Assembly: GCA_040776945.1 (NCBI GenBank)
Contig: JAXGZN010000001.1
Location: 608,001-672,000 of the forward strand
From: Methanomassiliicoccaceae archaeon
GTDB taxonomy: Archaea; Thermoplasmatota; Thermoplasmata; Methanomassiliicoccales; Methanomassiliicoccaceae
DNA: 64,000 bases
Direction: 5' to 3'
Shown piece after piece: positions 1 to 9,487 of this stretch. The notes below the pieces were generated by a model. The model ran no database searches, was not told the origin of the DNA, and saw only the letters and a program-made list of their open reading frames with translations. Made by a program: the position numbers and the translations under genes. Numbering within the stretch: the first letter of the stretch is position 1; each line of letters opens with the position of its first letter.

Positions 1-1
1 T

Positions 2-109
2 GGCCAGGTTGCCCAGCACCAGAAGGGGGGTAAGTTCGAACCGCTTCAGGAAGGCCAAGCCTAGAGTGGCGGCTATGATGACGATGACCAGCAGGGACGC
101 GGGCTCCAC
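2..109 (-). CDS. 5' fragment of a membrane protein running off the window edge
   Basis: GTG at 109 opens MEPASLLVIVIIAATLGLAFLKRFELTPLLVLGNLA, hydrophobic and open to position 1. Confidence 0.5.
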   Translation of the reverse strand, partial: MEPASLLVIVIIAATLGLAFLKRFELTPLLVLGNLA

Positions 110-222
110 GGGGACGGCGTATAGCTGTCGCGGATAAGACCGTTTCGATGCTAAGTTCCGGCCCGCGCCTCGTTCGCTCATATTTATGTCGAGGCAGCCC
201 GTCCCGGTGAGCGGAGAGCGAA

Positions 223-807
223 GTGAAGTACCGAATGGACATCGACATCCGGGAGTGCGGGGAGGTTTACCCTCCCTCAGAAGATACCTTCCTGCTGCTG
301 GACGTCCTGGACACCGTCCCGGGGGAGCGCGTCCTGGAGATGGGATGCGGGACCGGACTGATCTCCTGCCACCTGGCGGCGGGCGGGGCAGATCTCACCG
401 CCGCGGACGTCAACCCGAAGGCGGCGGAGTGCACCCGGGCGAACCTGCGCAGGAACGGCCTGCCGGGCCAGGTGGTGGAGAGCGACCTGTTCGCCAACGT
501 GCCAGGATGCTTCGACCTCATCGTGTTCAACCCGCCCTACCTCTCGGTGGAGGAGGAGGGCCTGCTGGAGAAGGCTTGGGCCGGCGGAAAGGAGGGCGTG
601 GACGTGCTCATCCCCTTCCTCGCCGGAGCGAGAGGGCACCTCAGCCCGGACGGCAGGATCGTCCTCCTGCTCTCCTCGGAGATGGCCAGGGGGGCCCTTG
701 ATGGCGCGCTGGAAGGGTTCTCCAGGCGCCGCCTCGGTTCCCGGAGGTACTTCTTCGAGGATCTCTGGGTGGAGGAGCTTGTGCCCTGCCGTCCGTGGTC
801 GCGCTGA
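223..807 (+). CDS. HemK2/MTQ2-family SAM-dependent methyltransferase
   Basis: VYPPSEDTFLL N-terminus, LEMGCGTG SAM motif, FNPPY motif, WAGGxxG; start may be ATG 235. Confidence 0.88.
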   Translation: MKYRMDIDIRECGEVYPPSEDTFLLLDVLDTVPGERVLEMGCGTGLISCHLAAGGADLTAADVNPKAAECTRANLRRNGLPGQVVESDLFANVPGCFDLIVFNPPYLSVEEEGLLEKAWAGGKEGVDVLIPFLAGARGHLSPDGRIVLLLSSEMARGALDGALEGFSRRRLGSRRYFFEDLWVEELVPCRPWSR

Positions 808-809
808 CC

Positions 810-1256
810 TCACGCCCCCATGATCGCCCATGCGCCTCCGATGATCCCCATGATCGAGCCGATGACGAACCCGCCCCCCGCGAGGACCAGGGCGATGACG
901 GACACGATGATCAGTCCCGCGCCGAACGCCACGTGCCTCGCCGGGTTCTGCCTAAGGCCGAGCGCCAGCCACAACATCACCAGCCCGAGGATTATGACCG
1001 CCATGCCGAAGATCAGGACTCCCAGGCCGAGGTCCCCGCCGGTCACCATGACCAGCGGCCCGGCCACGGCGATGATTATCCCCTCGATCAGCACCAGCAC
1101 CCCCCCGATCACGGCCAGTATGAACGGCCAGGAAGAGTGGGCGGCGCCGGCCGGGTACGCCGGTGTCGTTGCCACGTCTCTTGTCACAGCATCACGCCTT
1201 CCTGTCCCCTGAGCTCGGTCAGGCGGACGTTTAAGGAACGTCAGCGAGCCGTTCAA
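810..1256 (-). CDS. small multi-pass membrane protein of unknown function
   Basis: About four hydrophobic segments ending GGGFVIGSIMGIIGGAWAI; start uncertain. Confidence 0.65.
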   Translation of the reverse strand: MNGSLTFLKRPPDRAQGTGRRDAVTRDVATTPAYPAGAAHSSWPFILAVIGGVLVLIEGIIIAVAGPLVMVTGGDLGLGVLIFGMAVIILGLVMLWLALGLRQNPARHVAFGAGLIIVSVIALVLAGGGFVIGSIMGIIGGAWAIMGA

Positions 1257-1323
1257 GAACGTTTGGGACCACCGCGGCGGCCCGCGGCAGGAGGCTTGAG
1301 AAAAGGGCGGGGGCGGCCAGCCC

Positions 1324-3189
1324 TCAGGTGGAGAGCAGCCTCTCTATCTCCTTCCTGAGCAGCTCGCTCGCGGCCTTCCCGTCCAGCTTTCCCTTCAGCT
1401 CGGACATGACCACGCCCATGAGCGGGCCGACGGCGCCCTTGCCCTTCTCGCGGACGAAGGTTTCCCTCTCATTCACCACCCTGGCCACGATCGCCGTGGC
1501 CTCGTCCGAGGAGACCATGGATATCCCCAGCTCTTTTACTGCCTGGTCCACGCTCTTCCCCCTGGCCCTGAGAGCGAGGATGTCGGGCACCGCCTCCTTG
1601 GCGAACCTTCCGGCCGAAAGGGCGGAGAAGACCTCGCGCAGCGCCTCCTCGTCCAGCTTGCTCATGTCCACCCCCTGGCGCTCCAGCTCCGGGAGGGTCG
1701 ACAGCAGCGTCCTCGCTGCGGCGCCGGCCAGCTCCTTGCTCTTCGCCACCTCCTCGAACAGGTCGTCCCAGCCGTCATGGACAAGCTGCCTGGCCTGCTG
1801 ACCATGGATGCCGTACTCCGACGCGATGCGCGCTATGCGAACGTCGGTCAGCTCCGGCAGGTTCTCCCGGATGCGCTGCATGCGCTCCGCGCCGACGGTG
1901 ATCGGCGGCACGTCCGTCTCGGGGTACATCCTTGCCGCGCCGGGGAGCGGACGCGAGTACGCGGAAGCGCCGTCGGGCAGCGGGTCCCTCGTCTCCTCGG
2001 GCACGCCACCCAGCGCGTCGTACGCTCTCCCGATGGCGGCGCGCAGGGCGGCCTCGGCCCTCCGGGGCTCGTCGGCGCACAGCACGAAGGCGTCCTGCGG
2101 GCCTAGTTCCATGAGCTCGCGGAGCTTGTCCACGTAGCCCTGGTCGATGCCGTAGGCCGGCAGCTCGTCAGAGTGGAAGATCCCCGCCACGCCCTTGGCC
2201 CTGGCGTACTGCGCCATCTCCGCGCCCAGGCGCAGCTTGGCGTCCGGAGAGCGGAGCAGTCCGGCGAAGCCTGGGAGGGCCGCTCCGAGCGCCTTGCCCC
2301 CCTTCTTCAGCGCGCCGGCGATGACCTTGGATGGGCAGGGGGCGAAGAACTCCGAGAGGTCCCTGATCTCCGCGTCCTTCCTCGTCACGTCCCTCTCCCT
2401 CAGGATGTCGCGGATGCGCAGCAGCGAGCGCTGTCGCTCCACTTCCTTCTCCACGTACAGCGGTAGCAGCCGAAGTTCCTGAACGCCCTTGATCTCGACC
2501 CTGGCGCCGCCGGGGATGGATATGTTGACGTCCTCGCGGATCGTCCCGATGCCCCTCTTGACCCTCCGGGTGGCGCGCATCATCGATCCGAGGCGCTGCG
2601 CCGCTTCCTTCACCTCCTCGGGGGTGTGCAGCTCCGGTCCGGTCGCGACCTCGATGAGCGGGATGCCCAGCCTGTCGAGGCGGTAGGTGACCTCCCCGGC
2701 CTTGGCGTCGACCTTCCTGGCGGCGTCCTCCTCCAGGCAGAAGGTGGGGACGGAGATCATCCGGCCGTTGACCTCCAGCTTGCCGTCCATGGCGATCATG
2801 GCGGTGCGCTGGAATCCGGTCGTGTTCGAGCCGTCGACCACCAGCTTGCGCATGAAGTGGACCTCGTCCACCGGGCGGGCGTCGAGCATGGCGGCGAAGG
2901 TGAGCACGATGTCCATAGCGTCCGCGTTCGCGGCGTGCGGCGGCTCCTCGTCCGCGTCCACGAGGCAGGACGAGTCCGGGGGGGCCTGGTATCTAAAGCG
3001 CAGCTTCTTCTCGGCCTGCACCAGGGCGGCACGGTCGATCTCGCCAAGCTCGGACTGCGTCGGCCGCAGGCGGCGCAGGAAGTTGCTTCCTTCCTCGTCC
3101 ACCAGCACCGTTCGGCAGTCGCAGAACAGCTTCCTGGTGTCCAGCTGCTGGTGGATCTCCAGGCCGCAGGTCAGCTCGTGCTCGCTCAC
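1324..3189 (-). CDS. gatE: Glu-tRNA(Gln) amidotransferase subunit E
   Basis: CGLEIHQQLDTRKLFC, RKLVVDGSNTTGFQRT, LDRLGIPLIE, RPLPGAARMYPETD; overlaps gatD stop. Confidence 0.97.
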   Translation of the reverse strand: MSEHELTCGLEIHQQLDTRKLFCDCRTVLVDEEGSNFLRRLRPTQSELGEIDRAALVQAEKKLRFRYQAPPDSSCLVDADEEPPHAANADAMDIVLTFAAMLDARPVDEVHFMRKLVVDGSNTTGFQRTAMIAMDGKLEVNGRMISVPTFCLEEDAARKVDAKAGEVTYRLDRLGIPLIEVATGPELHTPEEVKEAAQRLGSMMRATRRVKRGIGTIREDVNISIPGGARVEIKGVQELRLLPLYVEKEVERQRSLLRIRDILRERDVTRKDAEIRDLSEFFAPCPSKVIAGALKKGGKALGAALPGFAGLLRSPDAKLRLGAEMAQYARAKGVAGIFHSDELPAYGIDQGYVDKLRELMELGPQDAFVLCADEPRRAEAALRAAIGRAYDALGGVPEETRDPLPDGASAYSRPLPGAARMYPETDVPPITVGAERMQRIRENLPELTDVRIARIASEYGIHGQQARQLVHDGWDDLFEEVAKSKELAGAAARTLLSTLPELERQGVDMSKLDEEALREVFSALSAGRFAKEAVPDILALRARGKSVDQAVKELGISMVSSDEATAIVARVVNERETFVREKGKGAVGPLMGVVMSELKGKLDGKAASELLRKEIERLLST

Positions 3190-4481
3190 GCGATGTCCCT
3201 CCTCTCGCTCAGCTCGCCGCGGAGGTTCGTGATCATCATCTTCCGTACCTCGTTCTTGTCATCGGTCTGCCCCAGCACCCACATCAGCTTGATGTACGCG
3301 GTCTCGGGCAGCATGTCCCCGCCCGGGATCACGCCCGCGGTCACGAGGTCGCGGCCGTTGTCGTACACGTTCAAGTTCACCGTCCCGTTAAGGCACTGCG
3401 AGGTCATCACTACCGTTGTGCCGTCGTTGACGGCCTTCGCGATGGCCTTCACCATGTCTGAGGAAACGTGCCCCAGGCCGGTGCCGGCGAAGACCACTCC
3501 CCGGCTGTCGTTGAGGACGCGTTCGAAGGTCGAGAGGCTCATGCCTGGGTAGAAGTGCAGCAGAGCGACGTTGCGCTCCATCTCGGTGCGCGCCACGACC
3601 TTGCCTTCCGAACGCTGGCGGTAAGGGCCGAGGAACTCGATGCCGCCCTCGAAATCGACGCGGGCGATCGGAGAGGCGTTGACGCTCTGGAACGCATCAC
3701 GGCGGGAGGTGTGCATCTTTCTAACTTTCGTTCCGCGATGCACCGCGGCGGTGGTGTCCGAGGAGGTCTCGTGCATGAGGACCACGACCTCAGCGGCGTC
3801 GGTGTCCACTATGAACCTCGCGGCCGACAGCAGGTTGGTGTAAGCGTCCGAGGACGGTCGGTCCGAGGAGCGCTGCGCGCCGACCAGGACGACTGGCCTC
3901 GTCAGGTTGTCGAGCATGAACGATAGCGCGGCGGAGGTGTAGCCCATGGTGTCCGTGCCGTGCGGTATGATGCACCCCTCGGCGCCGCCGTTGATGCGGT
4001 CCGCGGCGGCCTCGGCGATGCGCCGCCAGTGTTCCACGTTCATGTTCTCCGAGAAGATGGAGAACAACACCTCGGCTCGCACGTCGCAGACGTCGGCGAT
4101 CTCCGGCACCGTTGCGACCAGGTCCCCGGCCGACAGCGCCGGGTGCACCGCTCCGGTGCGGTAGTCGACGTATGAGGCTATCGTCCCGCCGGTTCCGAGC
4201 ACGGCGACCTTTTTCTTCCCCTTGCCGTTGGCGGCAGCCTTGGGGTGCTTCTCACGCGCCTCGGTCTTGTTGACGACCGTGAGCTCGGACGTATGAGTTA
4301 CCATAACGCCGACGTTGTAACCGCTCTTCAGCTTGAGGACGACGACGTCGGGATGGCTGAACTCGTGATGGGGCATGAGGACCCCGGTGCTGTCGCGGCC
4401 CTCGCTCCGCACCAGGAGCGTGTCGCCCTCGGCCGCGCCGGCCCGGTCCAGGATATCGCGCACGCGCGAAGAGTAGCTCAT
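3186..4481 (-). CDS. gatD: Glu-tRNA(Gln) amidotransferase subunit D
   Basis: LKLKSGYNVG, TGGTIASYVDYRTGAV, HGTDTMGYT, GAQRSSDRPSSD; start trimmed to ATG 4481. Confidence 0.96.
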   Translation of the reverse strand: MSYSSRVRDILDRAGAAEGDTLLVRSEGRDSTGVLMPHHEFSHPDVVVLKLKSGYNVGVMVTHTSELTVVNKTEAREKHPKAAANGKGKKKVAVLGTGGTIASYVDYRTGAVHPALSAGDLVATVPEIADVCDVRAEVLFSIFSENMNVEHWRRIAEAAADRINGGAEGCIIPHGTDTMGYTSAALSFMLDNLTRPVVLVGAQRSSDRPSSDAYTNLLSAARFIVDTDAAEVVVLMHETSSDTTAAVHRGTKVRKMHTSRRDAFQSVNASPIARVDFEGGIEFLGPYRQRSEGKVVARTEMERNVALLHFYPGMSLSTFERVLNDSRGVVFAGTGLGHVSSDMVKAIAKAVNDGTTVVMTSQCLNGTVNLNVYDNGRDLVTAGVIPGGDMLPETAYIKLMWVLGQTDDKNEVRKMMITNLRGELSERRDIA

Positions 4482-4674
4482 TGGAATGACACCGAGGCCA
4501 GGATGCTCCTTTTCACTAATAATAGGTGGCGGTAGAGCGGGGCTCGCCGCCCCCTCGCGCACCGTCTCCGTTCCCGGGGCCCGTGGCCTCACCGCCGCCG
4601 CGGGCGTTCCATCGAAGTAGATTTATCGAGACGTCAATATATCCGTGTAACGATGTCCGCATCCAGGTGGTCGG

Positions 4675-5277
4675 TTGGCGATCAGTTTTCAGTACACACA
4701 CGAGTTCAGGGGCGAGCAGGCGGACGAGGTCTACGACAAGGTCATGGGATGGTTGACCAAGGAGGAGGCAAGGAAGGTCGTCGGGGTCCGGCCGACGAGC
4801 ATCGAAGCGGTCCACGGCTCGCATAAGACCATGAAGGGCTGGAACCGCAACGCCAAGAAGAAGCTGGGCTTCCTGTTCTCGCCGTCGCCGAACGGGACGG
4901 CGGTCTCCGTCACCGCCTCCCCGACCATGGCCAACAGCTCGGACGTCGCCCAGATGGCCGAGGACGCCCGCCTGAACTGGGGCCTGCTGGCCGAGGTCTC
5001 CTGCCAGATCATGACCTATTCGTCCGTCGCTCACGCCAAGGCCGATTTCGCCACCATCTTCGAGAACTTTACCTCGTACCCCATGACCGAGGTGGGCGGA
5101 CACTTCGAGCAGTGCCAACTGCTGACGCTGTCCAGCTCCCCGGTGGTGGTCAAGGAGTACCTGTTCCAGCAGAAGAACGTCTGCGGAGTCATCGTCTTCT
5201 CCACCGTCTGGGGCTACGACCTGGACCAGGCATGGATCGACGAGATGTTGGACCTGCAGGAGAGCAGGATCGTCTGA
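4675..5277 (+). CDS. hypothetical protein, apparently a chimera of two local paralogous families
   Basis: N-half resembles the reading frame from 12760; C-half aligns with the C-half of 24938..25459. Confidence 0.6.
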   Translation: MAISFQYTHEFRGEQADEVYDKVMGWLTKEEARKVVGVRPTSIEAVHGSHKTMKGWNRNAKKKLGFLFSPSPNGTAVSVTASPTMANSSDVAQMAEDARLNWGLLAEVSCQIMTYSSVAHAKADFATIFENFTSYPMTEVGGHFEQCQLLTLSSSPVVVKEYLFQQKNVCGVIVFSTVWGYDLDQAWIDEMLDLQESRIV

Positions 5278-6019
5278 GCGCTCGGCTCCAGGAACGAAAC
5301 CATTTCCAGTTCATTTTTTCGATAGCCAATAGCTGAAACGGGCGTTGGTGGTCTGATTTAGCAAGGGGAAGTACCTGACAGATGATTCGACTCGCGCCCT
5401 CATGCCGGCTTGGCGCTGACCAATGTCAGTACGTTTTTTCAAAGATCGTTGATCAAGGCCATCGGCACAACGGCGACGAACGCGCCTGAGGCGAGTGGAG
5501 TGCGCCTGTGCAGACAGAGCTCGCTTACGTCCTCCGCTGCATCTCAAGAACCGAAGCTGCCGAGCCTGACCGCCATTGTCCTCCCTATTCTTACTTGATC
5601 TGCTAGACGGGTCGTCGCCAAACTCTATCCCTCGCTTTGTGACGATGAGATCCACTTGAGGCGCATGCTCTTGCTGCTTGAGATCGTTCTCGAATGTTCT
5701 ATTGTTGCCCGCGGCGCTCAGAATGTGCCCATCAGCGTGTTCCTCGACGCGTGAGGAGTGCCTCGATGACCAACCTGTCACGATCATCGAGCTCGACCCG
5801 GCACCTGAAAAAATTAGCGGTCGAGCCAGTGAGTTCGGACTTAACTTGCGAACGATCATGAGATACATCCATCTTCTCATCCAACCTCTCGATCATGTCT
5901 TGGACGATGTCCGGGATGTCTTAGATATCGCCTTTACCCTCAACGAACGCAGCCGGGCCACGAACTTTTTGGCGAACGGTCAATGAGGTTTTGCCAGAGC
6001 TATCGTTCCCATGCGAGAG

Positions 6020-6394
6020 CTAGTTAAGCGTGTATCTTTTCCTCAGCCCCGTAGACTCGGCCACCAACCAGGAGCGATGCCTAGTCAGTTCACGAAGAGC
6101 GTGTATTTCCTTCGGCGGCAAGTACGATGCCGGTACAGTGTTGATCCAAAGCAGCTCGGCCAGCATCTCTGCATCGTTTTTATCGCTCTTCGCTCGTTCC
6201 GCGGTCAGCGCCTTAAGCTTGAGAGGATTAGCGAGAACGACGACGAGGCCACGAGCTTCGATCGCTTCGCAGACGTTCGATAAGCGGGGTCGCTTCCATG
6301 ACCACCTTTGCTTCGACCGCTCCGAGGCGGTCGAGGAAAGCATCGATAGCTCGGACGTCTGATAGAAATCGCTCGTTGACGATATCTCGTCCAC
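6020..6394 (-). pseudogene. IS110-family transposase relic
   Basis: VVLANPLKLKAL...AKSDKNDAEMLAELL...YLPPKEIHALRELTRHR matches the IS110 N-terminal domain; truncated. Confidence 0.8.
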
Positions 6395-6627
6395 TCTCGT
6401 CCTTCACGCATGCCCGAGTGTTCTTTTTATGTTTTCGAGTTCGAGTGCTTGTGACTTACCAAAGAGCTATAATCTGAGAAAATAGAGATAGATATATCTG
6501 CAGTCAAGACACTAACTGGACTGCGCTACCGAATAGGGGGAAGTATAGTAAAAGGCCATTATCGCCCCTTATAAAAAGGGAATAGGTCTAAAAATATATT
6601 AGGCATTATAGTTTTGGGGTTGGACAT

Positions 6628-7299
6628 ATGAATAGCATCACAACCATTATAATTATCATAACCATAGGGCTAATAACAACCATCATAGGGCCGCTTAGCG
6701 CCCTAATCGCTGTGAAAAATGTTAATGCCCGTTACTCTAGAATAGTAAAAGAAATTGAAAAAAAAGTAGTGACTTCTGGGTACTTTGTTTATGGGGCACA
6801 AAGTAGACGAAAAACCATTCTTGGATTGTTTATGTGTGAAATGGTTGGATGGGCCTTATTAATCCTGATAATTCTCGTTGAATTCATGGACCCTTGGACC
6901 ACTGTTCAATTGATAGGAACGACATTAATCAGTCTGACCTTTATTTTTTTTATACCCGTGGCATCCGCCATTTTTCTGCTCATCACGGGTAGAAAGGTAT
7001 TGTTCATAAGTCCTCTCCAAATAGAGATATGGAAACACAAAAAAGAATTGACAATTAATATAAAGAGTATCGAATGGTCCAATATAAAGCGAGCATGGAT
7101 CAACCTGCCAAAATATTATGGCCTCGGAGGCAAAGATGGTTACATGCTGGTCTTGCTCTTAAGGCCTAAAGGCAGATTGATTATGTGGGGTGACTGGATT
7201 AATGTAAAATTGCTATTAAAAGACATTTTAAGGTACGCGACTTCAGCTGATTTTGGAGATTCGGAACTTTTTATCAGGAGAATGGCAAGAGATAATTAA
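6628..7299 (+). CDS. AT-rich membrane protein (3 predicted TM segments), candidate orphan immunity protein
   Basis: 223-aa intact ORF with AT-rich codons; N-terminal TM, TM hairpin and soluble C-terminal domain (I.WSNIK); immunity role inferred from context. Confidence 0.65.
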   Translation: MNSITTIIIIITIGLITTIIGPLSALIAVKNVNARYSRIVKEIEKKVVTSGYFVYGAQSRRKTILGLFMCEMVGWALLILIILVEFMDPWTTVQLIGTTLISLTFIFFIPVASAIFLLITGRKVLFISPLQIEIWKHKKELTINIKSIEWSNIKRAWINLPKYYGLGGKDGYMLVLLLRPKGRLIMWGDWINVKLLLKDILRYATSADFGDSELFIRRMARDN

Positions 7300-7517
7300 A
7301 CAAACGGGCCGTGACGTTAAACTCGAACCAAGCGAAGAAGGGCTAAAATAAGCTTGAATATTAATATTTAAGTTATGCCTAAGGCTGCTCACTTTATATA
7401 CAACTACCCAGGCGAGGCCATATGGTTGAATGCCACCGACATTCTAATGTAGAACGAAGTAACAAGAAAATGCGGACAATACAAGATCGATCTGTGGTCG
7501 CTCCGCGACCACTGGTA

Positions 7518-9184
7518 CCTGACCTCCCGACTTTTAGGCACTAACTTCCGTTGATCGCCTCACGGCCAGCATGCTTCACAGTGCTTTAATAGTACTATGC
7601 CTACATAGGCATAGTATATGAGGCCCTTCACCCGCGTCAAGAACATCAACGGCATCGATTACGTGTACGAGATCACGCCGTACTACGATGCCGCCACGAA
7701 GAAGACCAGGCAGCGGTCGAAGTACCTGGGCAAGCTGATCGACGGGGAGGCGAAGCGGGTTCGGAAGGCGCTGCCGCGCAATGCCTTCGATTACGGCGAT
7801 CTGCTGCCGGCGCTCAAGATCGTCCGGGACCTGGATCTCGATTCAATGCTGGACCGGCTGCTGCCGGAGGACAAGGCCAGGACCGCCCTGGCCTTGGCGG
7901 TGAACCGCGTGGTCGACCCCTGCTCGGTCAGCAACGTGAAGACATGGTATGAAAGAACGTTCCTCTCGAGAGAGTGGGGCGATCTTCCGCTGTCCTCGCA
8001 GACACTGAGCGACTTCTTCGCGGCGCTGGGAGGCAGCTCGATACCGGAGCAGTTCACCGAACTGCTCCTGGACAATGTCGGACGCCAGGGGCCGCTGCTG
8101 TACGACATCACCTCGTTCTCCTCCTCATCGAAGCTGCTGGAGACACTGGAGTACGGCCACAACCGTGACGGTGACGGACTTCCGCAGATGAATCTGTCGA
8201 TCATCGCCCACAAAACGCTCGGAATACCGCTGGGCTTCCAGACCTATCCAGGCTCCATCGCCGACGTCAGCACCATCAGGAACACCGTCGCGCTGCTTCG
8301 TTCCCTCGGACTGGACGCTCCGGTCCTCATCATGGACCGCGGTTTTTACTCTCAGTCGAACCTAGCCGACATCCTCTCCGCCGGATACGATTTCATCATG
8401 CCTGCGCCGATGCGGCTGGACGAAGCGAAGAGCATCGTCTCCAAGAGCCATGCGGAGATCGAGGACGCGGCCTACCTGCGCAAGCTGGAGAACGAGACCT
8501 TCTTCGTCAAGGAGGTGACGCTCCGGCTCGGCGAGCTGGACGTGGACGGCTACCTCTATTACGACCTCAGGCGGGAGCAGGAGGAGAAGACCTCCTTCTA
8601 CGAGTGGCTCGACCGCGTCAAGACCAGGCTGGAGTCGAGGGACGTTCGCCCCTGGCAGAGCCCCGCCAGGGTGTTCGAGGAGGAGGCGGGAGCGCTGGCA
8701 CAGTACTTCGGCTGGAAGCTGGACGGCCGCAGGTTCATCGTTGACGTCAAGAAGAAAGCGGTATCGGCCCGGCTGAACCGGGCCGGGAAGATGATCATCC
8801 TGCACTCCGGCCGGCACAGCTGGCAGGAGTGCCTGTCGTGGTCCCGGGAACGCGACATCATCGAGAAGATGTTCTATTCGTTGAAGAACGATCTGGCCTC
8901 CCTGCCGCTCAGAGCGCAGAAGGTCGATGTGGTCAAGGGAACGATCTTCGTGAACTTCGTGGCGCTGATCGTCCGGTCCAGGCTGCTGGCGCTGATGCGT
9001 TCGAGCGGCCTATGCCGTGACCACTCGCTCCCGTCCATCATGCTGGAGCTATCGAAGGTCCGAAGGATGGAGCTGCCGGACGGCAGCTTCGTCACCGGCG
9101 AGGTGACGAAGAGACAGCGCAAGATCATCGAGGCGTTGGAGCTCGACCTCGACCGACCATGTGCCTAAAACCCGGGAGGTCAGG
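7518..9184 (+). mobile_element. IS1634-family insertion sequence, apparently intact
   Basis: 24-bp TIRs cctgacctcccgacttttaggcac (7518-7541) and gtgcctaaaacccgggaggtcagg (9161-9184), 2 mismatches; no TSD seen. Confidence 0.88.
7618..9168 (+). CDS. IS1634-family DDE transposase
   Basis: YDITSFSS, EYGHNRDGDGLPQMNL, PGSIADVST, IMDRGFYS, RDIIEKMFYSLKN. Confidence 0.9.
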   Translation: MRPFTRVKNINGIDYVYEITPYYDAATKKTRQRSKYLGKLIDGEAKRVRKALPRNAFDYGDLLPALKIVRDLDLDSMLDRLLPEDKARTALALAVNRVVDPCSVSNVKTWYERTFLSREWGDLPLSSQTLSDFFAALGGSSIPEQFTELLLDNVGRQGPLLYDITSFSSSSKLLETLEYGHNRDGDGLPQMNLSIIAHKTLGIPLGFQTYPGSIADVSTIRNTVALLRSLGLDAPVLIMDRGFYSQSNLADILSAGYDFIMPAPMRLDEAKSIVSKSHAEIEDAAYLRKLENETFFVKEVTLRLGELDVDGYLYYDLRREQEEKTSFYEWLDRVKTRLESRDVRPWQSPARVFEEEAGALAQYFGWKLDGRRFIVDVKKKAVSARLNRAGKMIILHSGRHSWQECLSWSRERDIIEKMFYSLKNDLASLPLRAQKVDVVKGTIFVNFVALIVRSRLLALMRSSGLCRDHSLPSIMLELSKVRRMELPDGSFVTGEVTKRQRKIIEALELDLDRPCA

Positions 9185-9275
9185 TTTTGAGTCCGAACTT
9201 GGCCACCGACGGAGCTGAAGCTGACCGCTATGTCAGATCATACCCCACCGACTGCCTCGCCCTCCTCCCCAGAGG
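9185..9275 (-). pseudogene. short relic of another IS1634-like transposase
   Basis: Minus strand reads VGYDLT*...VAKFG, echoing the YDxT...AKFGY motif. Confidence 0.35.
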
Positions 9276-9487
9276 ATTGCCTATAATCTATTGGTCAATA
9301 TTTAATACCGACCATGGTGTAACAGAATGGTTAATAATTAGTAATTACAAATTTTAAAATTATTCAATCAGAAAAGTATGTTCGTTTCAATCGTAGATCT
9401 TCTTTCAATGAGCCAATTATGTGCATATTACTTAGGCTCATGAGATAGTACTTAACAAAGAAATGGGCATCAAATAACCGCGGCGAG

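Noticed and set aside
5311-5990. ORFs in the degraded left part of island 1
   Set aside because: No recognisable motifs in any frame I read; probably decayed mobile DNA
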